DNA of 64,000 nucleotides from a virus (IMGVR_UViG_3300028883_000046:1-64000), one strand, 5' to 3'; positions 48,112 to 58,330 are shown, counted from the stretch's first letter. The notes: generated by a model not told the origin, from the sequence alone. A program made the numbers and translations.

Positions 48112-48996
48112 TTAATCCTTTAAAAAAGCATTCTCCCATTTTTGAAACTCTTCCTTTTCCAAGAAGCTTCTCAGACCGTATTTTGAAAATGTTTGGATAA
48201 ACGCTTTTCTGCTATATCTATTCCGCCTTATTACTTTGCTTAGGTTATCATCAAGCGGTAGCTTCACCAGCGAGAGATTTTTCTTTATTGTATCTTTGCC
48301 CTGCTTTGAAGTGATTCGCTCGTATATCTTGCCGGCAATCAATTCCTTTCTGACATATTTAAGCGCTTTGGACTTCGGTTGTTTCGGATCACTCGCACCT
48401 TTAATGCCTATAACGTTGTCACCAGAGCAACCGCCAATAGCTTTACATAAAGGCCATTGGGAAGGATCAACTTTATACTTCTCTAAAAAATCTTTTTTGG
48501 TAAACTTTTTAAGTTTCTTTGGCGATACTATATCACAATCGTTTAGGCACTGGAACATATCGTTGTCCGCGCTTACCATGATTACTTTTTTTGCCTTCAA
48601 CTTTTCGCATATGTAGGCCATTAGGTCGTCGCCTTCATAACCTTTCTGAATAAACAAATTTCGGAAACCCATGCTTTTCAAGGCGAAGTCTCGTAACTCT
48701 ACTTCCTGATTAAATTTGTGGTTGAAAAGTTCAAGGTCTTCCTTGCTAAGTTCTTTCCTGTGTTTTACTCTTTGCGCTTTGTAGACCGGGTCGATTTGCT
48801 TTCTGTAGTTTACCGAATGATCAAAGCAAAAATAGAAATGATTTGTTTCAAACTTTTTGGCAATGGCCAATACCTTTTTTAAAAATCCGTAAATTACTCC
48901 CGTTGGTTTGTTATCATATGAGAGGACACCATAAGAGAAAAACGCTTGATATATAAGTCCGGATGAATCGACTATGATATGATTTTTGTTTTTCAT
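48112..48996 (-). CDS. 5'-3' exonuclease (PolI N-terminal/T4 RNase H-like)
   Basis: IVD, CFD..YRK...YKAQR, YEGDD, SADND, DNV.GIKG. Confidence 0.88.
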   Translation of the reverse strand: MKNKNHIIVDSSGLIYQAFFSYGVLSYDNKPTGVIYGFLKKVLAIAKKFETNHFYFCFDHSVNYRKQIDPVYKAQRVKHRKELSKEDLELFNHKFNQEVELRDFALKSMGFRNLFIQKGYEGDDLMAYICEKLKAKKVIMVSADNDMFQCLNDCDIVSPKKLKKFTKKDFLEKYKVDPSQWPLCKAIGGCSGDNVIGIKGASDPKQPKSKALKYVRKELIAGKIYERITSKQGKDTIKKNLSLVKLPLDDNLSKVIRRNRYSRKAFIQTFSKYGLRSFLEKEEFQKWENAFLKD

Positions 48997-49175
48997 TATC
49001 TCTCCGAGGCTCGTTTAAATATTTGTTCTAATACTTCGTATTGATTTTCCGTCAATCTGCCGTTTCTTTGAAAAAATTGTTCGTAATCAATAACAAGATT
49101 TTCTTCGTTTTCCGTTAGATTATCGTATTCCATAAATCTGAAAATATGCTCAATTCTTTCCTCTACTTCTTTCAT
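48996..49175 (-). CDS. Small hypothetical protein
   Basis: Start reassigned to MKEVEE; LTENQ..VL..I motif. Confidence 0.6.
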   Translation of the reverse strand: MKEVEERIEHIFRFMEYDNLTENEENLVIDYEQFFQRNGRLTENQYEVLEQIFKRASER

Positions 49176-50272
49176 TATAACCCCCTGTATTCTCTTTCCT
49201 CTACCTCTTCTTGGAAAAGATCCTCGATATCGTTCCATATTTTTTCTACTTCTTTGGCAAGTTTTTTCTGTAACCCTCTTTCTTCTACTGCCAAACAAAA
49301 GTCATGAAGCTTTCCTTCAAGCTTTATGCCCTCCCATTTTTTCTTGCCTTTCTTTTTCAAATACATTGCATTGGATAGAATATCATCCATTCCATAGTCA
49401 AATAGGAAAGCAAACTCGGCAGATCTAAAGGATAATCCTACTTTGCTTCTTTCAACTTTTAATTCACAATGCATCCCGTAAACTTTGCTTTCCTTGTTTT
49501 TTGTTTTTGAGAGTTTTTGAACAACTCTAATCCAGGGTACCAAGTGAGTGTAGAAGTTTAAAGCATCTCCGCCGGTTCTGTATTTCTTCTTCCCAAATAC
49601 AACGCCAATTTTTTGTTTCGTTTGGCTTATAACAATAAGTGTTGCGTCCGTGTTATTGTCTTCTAACATTTCGCACGCCTCGGAAAAGAAGGACCAGGCG
49701 AATTGCTGTTTTTTCATATTGAAACCTTTTATAATGTCTTCGTCTTTTTCTTCCAAAATCTTTGTATCATGAATGCTTTTGAAGCTGTCCCAAGAATCAA
49801 TGATGTAAAGAAGCGCTTCGTTTTCTTTTAGCTTCTTACACTCTTCCATATAATCTCTTCCAACCGATTCTATTGTTTTGCTTCTTCGCCATTTTATCGA
49901 GTCTATGAATTTTTGTCCATACATTTTTTCAAGCGGGAAGTCCATAACACCTTCGCCGTTGTTGTATATGACTTTGGGCACTTTATTGCTTCCGAATATT
50001 TTACTTTTCATTTTTGGTATTGTTTTAAGAAAGGATAGGCAAGTTTCTAATGCTATAAGAGTTTTGCCGCTTGAGCCATCGCCCACAAAGTTTGTAACCC
50101 GACAACGAGGCACGCCGTTCTTTCTCTTTCCTGAGACTGCAAGATTTATCATCGTGCAACCACTTGAAAAAAATTCAACGTTTACTTTCCTTAGTTTGGA
50201 ACGTTTTTTGATCTCATTCTTTATTTGTTTGGCGGCTCTATCAAATTTATTTCTTTTTCTTCTTTTTATCAT
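49175..50272 (-). CDS. recA: RecA/UvsX-like recombinase
   Basis: SSG...INLA, GDGSSGKT, IIDS, ISQ...KIG..FG...GGDALNFY. Confidence 0.88.
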   Translation of the reverse strand: MIKRRKRNKFDRAAKQIKNEIKKRSKLRKVNVEFFSSGCTMINLAVSGKRKNGVPRCRVTNFVGDGSSGKTLIALETCLSFLKTIPKMKSKIFGSNKVPKVIYNNGEGVMDFPLEKMYGQKFIDSIKWRRSKTIESVGRDYMEECKKLKENEALLYIIDSWDSFKSIHDTKILEEKDEDIIKGFNMKKQQFAWSFFSEACEMLEDNNTDATLIVISQTKQKIGVVFGKKKYRTGGDALNFYTHLVPWIRVVQKLSKTKNKESKVYGMHCELKVERSKVGLSFRSAEFAFLFDYGMDDILSNAMYLKKKGKKKWEGIKLEGKLHDFCLAVEERGLQKKLAKEVEKIWNDIEDLFQEEVEEREYRGL

Positions 50273-50287
50273 GGCTCAATCCTATGA

Positions 50288-50331
50288 ACAAAAACGCTCT
50301 TCCCTAAGTAAATAGAAGAAGAGCGTTTTGT
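50288..50331 (-). terminator. Stem-loop/terminator after the SSB gene
   Basis: AAAACGCTCTTC / GAAGAGCGTTTT inverted repeat with U-tract on -. Confidence 0.65.
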
Positions 50332-50347
50332 CCTTATTTAGAAATGG

Positions 50348-51604
50348 TTAGATTTGCTCTTCTATGATCTCTTCTATCAGATCGTCCTTGTCTGATTTGC
50401 CATAGTAGCTAAGATCGATATCGAGCTTGTGTTTTTTAACGTACTTCTTCAATTTGATGAAACTCATTTTTTCAAGGGTTTCCCGAAGTTCGTCTTCCTC
50501 GTCGTCCTCCTCGTCTTCGTCCTCATCTTCGTCCTCATCGTCTTCCTCTTCGTCTTCGTCTTCATCTTCTTTGGAGATAAACGGCGGCACAGACCGGTCT
50601 TCGTCCTCGTCGTCCTCGTCGTCCTCGTCTTCCTCGTCTTCGAGCATTTCCTCGATTTGTTTTTTTACTTTCTTTTTCTCTTTTCTGAACTTGCCATCCT
50701 CGTCAATCTCAATATCAATTTCGTTTTCTTCGACAAATTCAGCCAGATCCTCAAGATCCTCAATTTCGTCCAAATCTTCCAACAATCCTTCGACTACTTC
50801 TTCCAAAGATTTTTTCTTTTTTGCTTTCTTGCCGGTTTTCTTCTTTTTGTCGTCCTCGTCTTCTCCGCTAAACATGGCGTTTTTCATTTCTTCGTATGAG
50901 GCGAGTTGGACAAGCTCATCCAAGGCGTGGGCAGTCTTGAGGATCTTTATATCGATTTCATAATTGCGGTCGTCAAAAGCATGTCCGACGTATTTAGGAT
51001 AATCGTCTTTACTCTTTGCTTTTTCTACCGTAAAAGAAATTGATTTGCCATTTTCAGGATCGATAAAGTTGACAGTCTTGTCTTCTTTGCCTTGACGGGA
51101 AGGTTTTCTACTGATGGCCATCAAAGGTTTTTCAAAATAGAAATTTGCTACATCCCAAACCTGGACGCCTTTCTTCGTCTCTTTCTTATCATCGTAGGAT
51201 ATGACGTTATACATATTCCTCGTCTTGGGCCACCACTTCTTATAGTTGTCGTCGTCGTTCTCTCTCAACTTCTCCCTATGTTCGCAGGCCGGGCACTTCT
51301 TCCCATACATGCGCGGGCAAACATATTCGATATTGTTTGGTCCGAGGCGATGCATTTGGTATTCGAAAGTGTACGTTTGGGCACCCTCTTCTACCGCTGG
51401 ATCGTTACTGCCAGCGAAGTAAGGAATAATATCGATGATATGTGTGCCCTCTTTAGGGAAGTAAAAGCTTACGTTCAAATCATCTTTAAAGACGTTTGAT
51501 TTGTAGCCTTTTGCCTTCTCTTGGTTCTTTTTAATTCTCTTTACCAACTCGTCTTGCTGAAACATCCTTTTCTTGCGGTTGATCTTTTTCTTGTTTTTCT
51601 TCAT
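50348..51604 (-). CDS. Single-stranded DNA-binding protein (gp32-like) with long acidic tail
   Basis: H..G....VCP...GKKCPACE, YNVI, G.SI.F; Asp/Glu tracts; GGAGG RBS at the reassigned start. Confidence 0.7.
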   Translation of the reverse strand: MKKNKKKINRKKRMFQQDELVKRIKKNQEKAKGYKSNVFKDDLNVSFYFPKEGTHIIDIIPYFAGSNDPAVEEGAQTYTFEYQMHRLGPNNIEYVCPRMYGKKCPACEHREKLRENDDDNYKKWWPKTRNMYNVISYDDKKETKKGVQVWDVANFYFEKPLMAISRKPSRQGKEDKTVNFIDPENGKSISFTVEKAKSKDDYPKYVGHAFDDRNYEIDIKILKTAHALDELVQLASYEEMKNAMFSGEDEDDKKKKTGKKAKKKKSLEEVVEGLLEDLDEIEDLEDLAEFVEENEIDIEIDEDGKFRKEKKKVKKQIEEMLEDEEDEDDEDDEDEDRSVPPFISKEDEDEDEEEDDEDEDEDEDEEDDEEDELRETLEKMSFIKLKKYVKKHKLDIDLSYYGKSDKDDLIEEIIEEQI

Positions 51605-51746
51605 TTCTTCCTCCAAAGTTTTCTTTGATGGTTCTGACAATTGCAAGTGTTATTAACCTTGACAAGGTGTAAAAGAATACAAAAACGGCAAATAGCCCGC
51701 CGATTGATAGGATTGTGATAGACAATATGTTGAATAGTTGCTCCAT
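51531..51746 (-). CDS. Small membrane protein
   Basis: N-terminal TM helix. Confidence 0.5.
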   Translation of the reverse strand: MEQLFNILSITILSIGGLFAVFVFFYTLSRLITLAIVRTIKENFGGRNEEKQEKDQPQEKDVSARRVGKEN

Positions 51747-51747
51747 G

Positions 51748-52224
51748 TTATCGTCTTCTTATAGAGTGTTTTTGATTTAGCTCTTCTTCGATTTGTTTCC
51801 TTGTTTGTCGATTGAATTGCTTTTCGTATTCTCTCGGTACTCTTACCTCAGAATTTTTCTCCCTGTGAATATGGTAGAGGTAACTTTCCAACATTCTCTT
51901 TCTTTGTTCGAATGCTTTTTCGGCTTTATAAATAAGCTTATAATTGTTTCTTGCCTTGTTAAATCGTTTTAAAGCAATCTTTACTCTTTGATTGGAAGCC
52001 ACTTCTGATTTAATCGCGCCCTCGGTGGTTTTATCTCCTTTCTTTCTGATTTTCTTCTCAACCTCGATAACGATTAAATCATAAGCATCCTTGGCCTTGT
52101 CTTTTTCTACTTCCGCTTCTGCGGCAAGTTGTGCCCAATCGTAATACTTTTGGGCTTGCTCTAACAATTCCTTGTCAATCTTGTATTTATTAATTGACAA
52201 GTCGGCCCTTGAGTTTGTCTTCAA
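51748..52224 (-). CDS. UvsY-like recombination mediator
   Basis: Helical; L.I....ID.EL..Q, TE.AI, AFEQRK.ML; near SSB and RecA. Confidence 0.6.
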   Translation of the reverse strand: MKTNSRADLSINKYKIDKELLEQAQKYYDWAQLAAEAEVEKDKAKDAYDLIVIEVEKKIRKKGDKTTEGAIKSEVASNQRVKIALKRFNKARNNYKLIYKAEKAFEQRKRMLESYLYHIHREKNSEVRVPREYEKQFNRQTRKQIEEELNQKHSIRRR

Positions 52225-52239
52225 AATTACCTCCTTTCA

Positions 52240-52797
52240 TTAATTCCCAAAAACTTCTCTTTTAAGTATTTCCAAATCGCTTTTCATTTCGTTCATTATT
52301 GAAATGAAATGAAATCTGAATTCGTTCATATTTTTTGAATTTTGCCTTGCCAATTCTAAATCTGATTCCAGTCTACTGTTTTCTTTCTGTAGTCTTTCCT
52401 GTTCCAATTCTGCCGTTTTGACTGTAAAGGTGTAGTTCATTTTCTCTTCGTCAAACTTCTTTGCTTCCTCTTCCAACCGATTATCAATCTTCCTATCCTC
52501 TTCATCGGAACGCAAGCCTTCCTCTATTCGATTCATACGGATAGATAAGTTGTCTAATTTGGCAAACAGTTTTTTAATTTGCTTTTTTTGACTTTCAATT
52601 GCTTCTCTTTGGCTTACAATGGCAATATTTATTTCAGATTTTACAAAGCCCTTGTTGGCTATAAACCTATTTGCCAATTGTTTTGTAACCTCTTCGGTTG
52701 TAATGCTTCGCAAATACTTTTCAAAATTTCTGGCAAAATCTTTCGAATTCATGTTTTTCTCCTTTTCTTCTTCTATATAATTATAGAAGATTTTCAA
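52240..52797 (-). CDS. Coiled-coil hypothetical protein
   Basis: ORF downstream of dnaE; true start may be the internal MNSKD. Confidence 0.65.
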   Translation of the reverse strand: MKIFYNYIEEEKEKNMNSKDFARNFEKYLRSITTEEVTKQLANRFIANKGFVKSEINIAIVSQREAIESQKKQIKKLFAKLDNLSIRMNRIEEGLRSDEEDRKIDNRLEEEAKKFDEEKMNYTFTVKTAELEQERLQKENSRLESDLELARQNSKNMNEFRFHFISIMNEMKSDLEILKREVFGN

Positions 52798-55700
52798 AGT
52801 TTGTCTTTTGCTAATGATTTAAGCAACTTTCTAAACTTCTTCATTCCTGTTTTGAAATAAACTTCGTTTTCGGGATTGTGCAACTTGGCGGCTGGGTGGA
52901 TACAATATACTATCCAACAACCGAACTTTTCGGACCATATTGTCTTGCCACTCATTTTAGATATTCCAGTTTTCTTTCCTTCAAAGAATTCCAAAGAAGT
53001 ATTACCAAAGGCCAGGATCAAACAAGGTTTGATTTGCTGTAACTCTTGAGTTAGATAGAGATCGGCGCAAGTTTTTATCTGTTTTGAATTCGGCTTTCTA
53101 CTCTTTGATGGGAAACACTTGGCAACATTCGTAACGTGAAATAACTCTCTTGGATATTTAACCGCGGTCCATACTTCTTTACCAGATCTACCAACAAACC
53201 CTTTCCCTTTTTCGTCTTCTTCTTTTCCAGGTGCTTCTCCGACTATTGCAACATTCAACTCGCCAGGTGAAGGCTTCACGGGCTTTCTACACTCTTCGCA
53301 TAGTTCGCATTTTTTACAATCAACGAAATTTTCAATTGGGTTATATGCGGGAGAGTCGTAAGGCTTAAAAGATTTTCTTTTTGCTATACTGCCAAGCTTT
53401 TTAATATCTTTTACTTCTCCGGCTAAAATATCGTCTAATCGATCAAGTCTTATAGAGCCACCAAACAGTTTATAAAGTCTTGAGTAATTGCTTTTTGGAT
53501 TGGATACGATTCGAAACTTAAAAAGATCTTTAACCTCTTCTGTAATTGCCGCGCTATTGTTTGGATCATTCGCACCAATCAAAAGTAGCTTCTTTTCAAG
53601 ACTACTAATATCCTTTGATGCTTTCTTCTTTTTTGGTTTCTTAGAAAAGAACTTTGTTAATGCACCATCCTCAATTTTTGTAAATTTAAATTGAGAAGCC
53701 TCAAGTGCCGTCTTTTGTCCTAAACCTTTTACTTCCACAAAAGGCACGAGTAATTTATTATCTCTTGCTTTCCATTCGAAAGGATCGTTTATATCGACTT
53801 TGGGAAGCTGAAGGATCAATCCAAGTCTATATGCTTCTTCTATCAACTCAGGTTTCTTTTTATCGTCACCAAACGAAAGGGAAGAGCAAACAAACTCGGT
53901 TGGAAAGTAGTATTTCAGCCATGCGCACCAATATGCGAGCATGGCATATTCAACACTATGGGCAAGATTAAATGAATATCTTGAATGTTCATGAAGTCCT
54001 GTCCAAAACTCTTTCGCTTCTCTTTTGGAAATGATCTTTGTTTTCTTACAGGCGTCAATAAATATATCTTCATACTCGTCAAACTCTTTAACGTCTCTTT
54101 TCTTTCCAATTATCTTTCTTATTTTGTCGGCCGTAGAATAAGGCAGACCGGCTACTTTATAAATAACCTCCATAACCTGCTCTTGAAAAAGTATTACGCC
54201 ATAAGTATCTTTGGTTAGCTCTTCGTAAATTGGATGCTTCTTTTCCCATCTCTTGCCGTGTTTTCTTTCGATGTATTGGGCAGTCATTCCGCTATTCATT
54301 GGCCCAGGTCTAACAAGTGCTACCGAGTCAACTATGTGCCTAAATTTATCCACTCCCATCTCTCTTATTAAGTTGGTCATTGAATAAGTATTTAATTGAA
54401 AAACTCCCGTGTTATTACCCTTGCTTATTTCTTTCAATACGGCTTTATCATTTAGGTTAAGCTTTTCAAGATTAATATCTTTGCCGTGATTTTCTCGAAT
54501 TAAGGTTAAAACATTACTCAAAATAGAAAGAAGTTTTAATCCAAGGGAGTCGAGCTTCATAAACCCCATATATTCTGCGTCTTCTTTTTCCCAGTTTATA
54601 AGTTTTACGCCATTTCTTTCTATTAGGTTACATCTTCCACTCTTCGCTATATCAACCATTGATATTACTATAGCGGCCGCATGTTGACCGTAACCTCTAA
54701 CCTGTCCCGCTAATTTCTTCGCAAGATTGATAACTTTAGGATAGTTATTATAAAACTCTTGGCATTCACGATAGTTTGCAATTGCGCTTTCGATTTTTTC
54801 CGCTTCGGAAACCGGCTCGATATCATCTATCAATTTTGTGAAGGCGTTTACTTCGGATTGCTTTACGTCAAATACTCTTGCAACATCTTGAACCGCGGCT
54901 CTTGCTTTCATCCTATTAAAAGAAGAAACGCCGGCGATATTATTCTCTCCATATAACTCTTCCAAATGTTCTTTTATTAAATGCCTTTTTGAGTCTTCAA
55001 AATCAATATCAATGTCTGGATAGTCAATTCTATCCTCGTTGATAAATCGAGCAAAGTAAAGTTTATGAACGATAGGATCAACCGAAGTAATGTTCATAAG
55101 ATATGCAATGAGACTTCCACCAACAGATCCTCTACCTGGACCGATTAGGATTTTGTTTTCTCTACACCAATTACATAGTTCCCAAACTATTAAAAAATAT
55201 CTTGAAAAGTTTTTACTCTTAATAATTCCATACTCTTCTTTTAACCTTTCAAAATATATCTTTTGCTTTTTTATGGATTCGCCAAATCTTTTCTTAAATC
55301 CTTTAACACAAAGTCTCCAGAGGAATTTGTCTTCTTCGTCAGGCGCGATACCTTCTACCTCAGGCAATTCTATTTCTTGCTGTTTGATTCTAAAATCGCA
55401 ACATTTCTTTGCCAACTCTATGGTATTATCCAAATACTCTTTTTTATAAATTTTTGCTTTCTTTAGAACCCTTATCATTTCTTTTTCAGATCTTAGGTGA
55501 AGACCCTTAATATCAAATTTAAATCTGTTAGGATCGTCCCATTTTACTTTCCGTTGAATTGCCAACATTACTTCCTGAACTTTATGATCCGATGGTCTAA
55601 TATAATGACAGTCGTTTGTTGCAATTATTTTTGTATTGGTTCGCTTTGCCAGCTTGATAATACGACGATTATACTTTCGTTGAATCTCCATATCATGCGG

Positions 55701-56192
55701 CATGATTTCTGCATACAAATCGTCTCCCATTTTCTTCTTCAATTTTTCAAAAAACTTTTCACCTCCCTGTATGTTTACAAAACTACCTAAACAAGCTGTT
55801 CCAAATATCAAACCCCTTCGGTATTTTAAAAGAGTTTTAAAATCTATTCTTGGTTTGTAGTAATACCCTTCAAGGTTGGCAATCGAAAGCATTTTACAAA
55901 GATTTTTAAATCCTGATTTGTTCTTAACCCAGATTGTGATATGGCCAATCTGTGCTTTTTTCTTATACTCTTTTACAAGATATCCTTCACAACCAAGGAT
56001 AGGATTAATTCCTTCTTTGTCGCAGGCTTTTTGAAATTTAATAAGACAATCAATGTTGCCGTGATCCGTACAAGCCATATACTTCATGCCAAGCTTTTTG
56101 GCTCTTTTTGCAAAGTCTTCTGGAAAACCAAAGCCGTCCAATTTGCTTTGGGTAGTATGTAAATGCAGATGGCAGAAATTACTTTTATTCAT
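52794..56192 (-). CDS. dnaE: DNA polymerase III alpha subunit fused to a C-terminal family-4 uracil-DNA glycosylase domain
   Basis: PHP HLHLHT/TDHG, GRGS, PDIDIDF, KLD.LGL, YSFNLAH; C-terminal CKKCELC, VGEAPG, FVG.SG, TNVAKC.P, HPAA. Confidence 0.95.
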   Translation of the reverse strand: MNKSNFCHLHLHTTQSKLDGFGFPEDFAKRAKKLGMKYMACTDHGNIDCLIKFQKACDKEGINPILGCEGYLVKEYKKKAQIGHITIWVKNKSGFKNLCKMLSIANLEGYYYKPRIDFKTLLKYRRGLIFGTACLGSFVNIQGGEKFFEKLKKKMGDDLYAEIMPHDMEIQRKYNRRIIKLAKRTNTKIIATNDCHYIRPSDHKVQEVMLAIQRKVKWDDPNRFKFDIKGLHLRSEKEMIRVLKKAKIYKKEYLDNTIELAKKCCDFRIKQQEIELPEVEGIAPDEEDKFLWRLCVKGFKKRFGESIKKQKIYFERLKEEYGIIKSKNFSRYFLIVWELCNWCRENKILIGPGRGSVGGSLIAYLMNITSVDPIVHKLYFARFINEDRIDYPDIDIDFEDSKRHLIKEHLEELYGENNIAGVSSFNRMKARAAVQDVARVFDVKQSEVNAFTKLIDDIEPVSEAEKIESAIANYRECQEFYNNYPKVINLAKKLAGQVRGYGQHAAAIVISMVDIAKSGRCNLIERNGVKLINWEKEDAEYMGFMKLDSLGLKLLSILSNVLTLIRENHGKDINLEKLNLNDKAVLKEISKGNNTGVFQLNTYSMTNLIREMGVDKFRHIVDSVALVRPGPMNSGMTAQYIERKHGKRWEKKHPIYEELTKDTYGVILFQEQVMEVIYKVAGLPYSTADKIRKIIGKKRDVKEFDEYEDIFIDACKKTKIISKREAKEFWTGLHEHSRYSFNLAHSVEYAMLAYWCAWLKYYFPTEFVCSSLSFGDDKKKPELIEEAYRLGLILQLPKVDINDPFEWKARDNKLLVPFVEVKGLGQKTALEASQFKFTKIEDGALTKFFSKKPKKKKASKDISSLEKKLLLIGANDPNNSAAITEEVKDLFKFRIVSNPKSNYSRLYKLFGGSIRLDRLDDILAGEVKDIKKLGSIAKRKSFKPYDSPAYNPIENFVDCKKCELCEECRKPVKPSPGELNVAIVGEAPGKEEDEKGKGFVGRSGKEVWTAVKYPRELFHVTNVAKCFPSKSRKPNSKQIKTCADLYLTQELQQIKPCLILAFGNTSLEFFEGKKTGISKMSGKTIWSEKFGCWIVYCIHPAAKLHNPENEVYFKTGMKKFRKLLKSLAKDKL

Positions 56193-56215
56193 TTCTTCTC
56201 CTTCAACCTTTGCTT

Positions 56216-56884
56216 CTATAATTTTTTTTGATAATTTTTAAGTTTATTAAATTCTTTTATGAACGTACTTTTACCGGACTGTCTGCTTATTTTAAGATGA
56301 TATTTTCTCTCTTGAATGAGTGCTCTTTTCTTAAAATCATCAAATTCTCTTTTTAAATCATCTACTTTTTCTCTTTTTAAATCATCTACTTTTTGTTGGA
56401 ACTCTTTTAATTTTTTATCGTTTATTTCTTTTTTATAAAATTTTGACGCGATTTCTTTACCTAAAATAGCTTCAATGTTTTTTTCTGTAATTGTAGCAAT
56501 TTGAGGATGTTCAAATCTATTTTCACCTTCGATTACTCCTTTTATCTTGATTTCTCTACAATGCAGATCGTCCTCAACATCGATATATTTTTTAATCTCT
56601 TCCAAATAGCTTTCGGATATTTTCATATTCAAATAGATTTGGATTACTTCATGAATATTTTTTAACGAATAGAATATTCTTTGATTTACTTCTGGAATAT
56701 ATTCTGGCATATATTGATCTTTGCCCCACCAAACATGAGACATTGTTTCTCCGCAACATCTACAAGTAATTAGAAATGGGGTAACTCCATCTCTGCTATT
56801 CCATATTTTTTCTACAACACCACAATCACCATTTTCGCATTTATAATGCATTAAACAAAATGCTTCTGAGTGTATATGCTTCAT
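56216..56884 (-). CDS. Zinc-binding phage protein
   Basis: EAFCLM.Y.C...C...IWNSRDGVTPF...C.CCG. Confidence 0.75.
   Translation of the reverse strand: MKHIHSEAFCLMHYKCENGDCGVVEKIWNSRDGVTPFLITCRCCGETMSHVWWGKDQYMPEYIPEVNQRIFYSLKNIHEVIQIYLNMKISESYLEEIKKYIDVEDDLHCREIKIKGVIEGENRFEHPQIATITEKNIEAILGKEIASKFYKKEINDKKLKEFQQKVDDLKREKVDDLKREFDDFKKRALIQERKYHLKISRQSGKSTFIKEFNKLKNYQKKL
56345..56392. repeat. Perfect 24-bp in-frame tandem duplication (KVDDLKRE x2)
   Basis: TTCTCTTTTTAAATCATCTACTTT twice. Confidence 0.9.
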
Positions 56885-56896
56885 TTTCTTTATCTC

Positions 56897-56962
56897 CTAA
56901 TATTTTATATCATCTTCGATAAAGTTTCTTTTACTCTTTAAAAATCTATCCGGGTCAAATTC
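56897..56962 (-). pseudogene. Remnant duplicate of the 3' end of gene 57169-57402
   Basis: Reads EFDPDRFLKSKRNFIEDDIKY* versus EFDPDRFLKSKKKFVEDDVKY*. Confidence 0.7.
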
Positions 56963-57159
56963 GCATTTCTTCTCCTAATCGATTTCAAAGTTTTTAACGG
57001 GCACCAAAACGGAATTTTGTATCCCTTGTTAAAAGTCTTCATAACCAATCCACACATATAGTTGGCGCCCATTGGATGATGTATCATTGAAAAGTGTGGA
57101 CAGTCCATACACTTCGTTATAATCAAAATCTTTTTTACTTCTCGCTTTCTTCTTTTCAT
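56938..57159 (-). CDS. Small Cys protein
   Basis: CMDCPH...C...IP.WCPL. Confidence 0.7.
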   Translation of the reverse strand: MKRRKREVKKILIITKCMDCPHFSMIHHPMGANYMCGLVMKTFNKGYKIPFWCPLKTLKSIRRRNANLTRIDF

Positions 57160-57168
57160 GTTCGCCTC

Positions 57169-57402
57169 TTAATATTTTACATCGTCTTCAACAAACTTCT
57201 TTTTACTCTTTAAAAATCTATCCGGATCGAACTCGTCCTTGCCTCTTAACTCTGCCTGTTCTATTTGCTTTTTTAAAAAAAGATATTCTTTTATTGCCAA
57301 ATCAAGCCTTTTGATCTCTCTTACAATCGTCTTAATCCTGAGTTTCAGAGTATAGCGCCTGTTTTTCAAATGTTCTTTATGTAATTCTATGGATAGCTTC
57401 AT
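57169..57402 (-). CDS. Hypothetical coiled-coil protein
   Basis: AAGGAG RBS; QI..A...GK..FD.DRF motif. Confidence 0.7.
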   Translation of the reverse strand: MKLSIELHKEHLKNRRYTLKLRIKTIVREIKRLDLAIKEYLFLKKQIEQAELRGKDEFDPDRFLKSKKKFVEDDVKY

Positions 57403-57412
57403 AAATATCTCC

Positions 57413-58330
57413 TTAATCAGAATAAATAGAGGCAATAGTTAGAATTATCGCAGGCATTCCTATCTCTAATGTTTTGCAATGATAGAAGTACTCTCCAATG
57501 GCAAGTGCGTTTTCATTCATTTTGCCAGAAATAAGAATTTTTGACATATATCCACAAATTGCTCTTTTGATTGTTTCGGGAGGCTCTTTTATCTGCTTTA
57601 ATAAATCACATATAGTTTTGTACTTTTCCCTCCTTAGAAGTAATTGACATAATTCCACCAATTCTTTGCTTACCATTTCATCGATATATTCATATCCTTC
57701 AATTATCTTTTTGATTTGTTTTTTCGACTTCATGTTGGATATTGAATCGAGGATAAGAAGAAGTTTTCTTGGTATGCCGTTGGAAGACAAAATAATGTCT
57801 CTATATAAACTCTTGTCTATGGTTAGCTTTTCTTTTTTAATTATTCTTTTTAATAGTGTTTTTGATTCTCCATAATCAAGCTTGTTAAGCTTGTGAATAA
57901 CACATCTTGATTTTACTGCCGGAAGTAATTTTTGCGGATCAGTAGTACAAAGAACAAAAAGAACGTCTTTGGGAGGCTCTTCAAGTATTTCGAGCATGGC
58001 GTCCTGAAATTGTTTTGTGGCTTCATGGCATTCGTTTAATACTATTGTTTTGCCTGTTCCCAATAAGGAGTGAGTTTGCACGGAATCTATAATTGCTCTT
58101 GCGTTTTCAATTCCTCTTGTTTTGGAAATATTCAACTCTATCAATTCTGATTTTCTTATTTTCCCAATTATTCTTGCAATGGTTGTTTTACCACAACCAG
58201 TCTCTCCAACAAGAAGTATAGAGGATGGCCATTTTTCGACATTCGAAATATATTCCTTTATCGAGTCGTTTCCTAAAATTCTTTTGATGTTTTTTACTCT
58301 ATGCTTTTTATCGAAGGTTAAATCTTCCAT
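57413..58330 (-). CDS. dnaX: Clamp loader AAA+ subunit (DnaX-like)
   Basis: K.R......LGN, GETGCGKTT, NECH, LEEPP, CTT.P.KL...SRC. Confidence 0.88.
   Translation of the reverse strand: MEDLTFDKKHRVKNIKRILGNDSIKEYISNVEKWPSSILLVGETGCGKTTIARIIGKIRKSELIELNISKTRGIENARAIIDSVQTHSLLGTGKTIVLNECHEATKQFQDAMLEILEEPPKDVLFVLCTTDPQKLLPAVKSRCVIHKLNKLDYGESKTLLKRIIKKEKLTIDKSLYRDIILSSNGIPRKLLLILDSISNMKSKKQIKKIIEGYEYIDEMVSKELVELCQLLLRREKYKTICDLLKQIKEPPETIKRAICGYMSKILISGKMNENALAIGEYFYHCKTLEIGMPAIILTIASIYSD

Noticed and set aside
50427-50963. Poly-Ser ORF on + (also 60860-61471) as further mucin-like proteins
   Set aside because: These are antisense readings of Asp/Glu tracts in real - strand genes, unlike the sense-strand poly-Thr tails.
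52794-56192. Intein or intron in dnaE, terL or dnaB
   Set aside because: No C/S...HN splice junctions or homing endonuclease motifs; the extra length of DnaE is the UDG domain.
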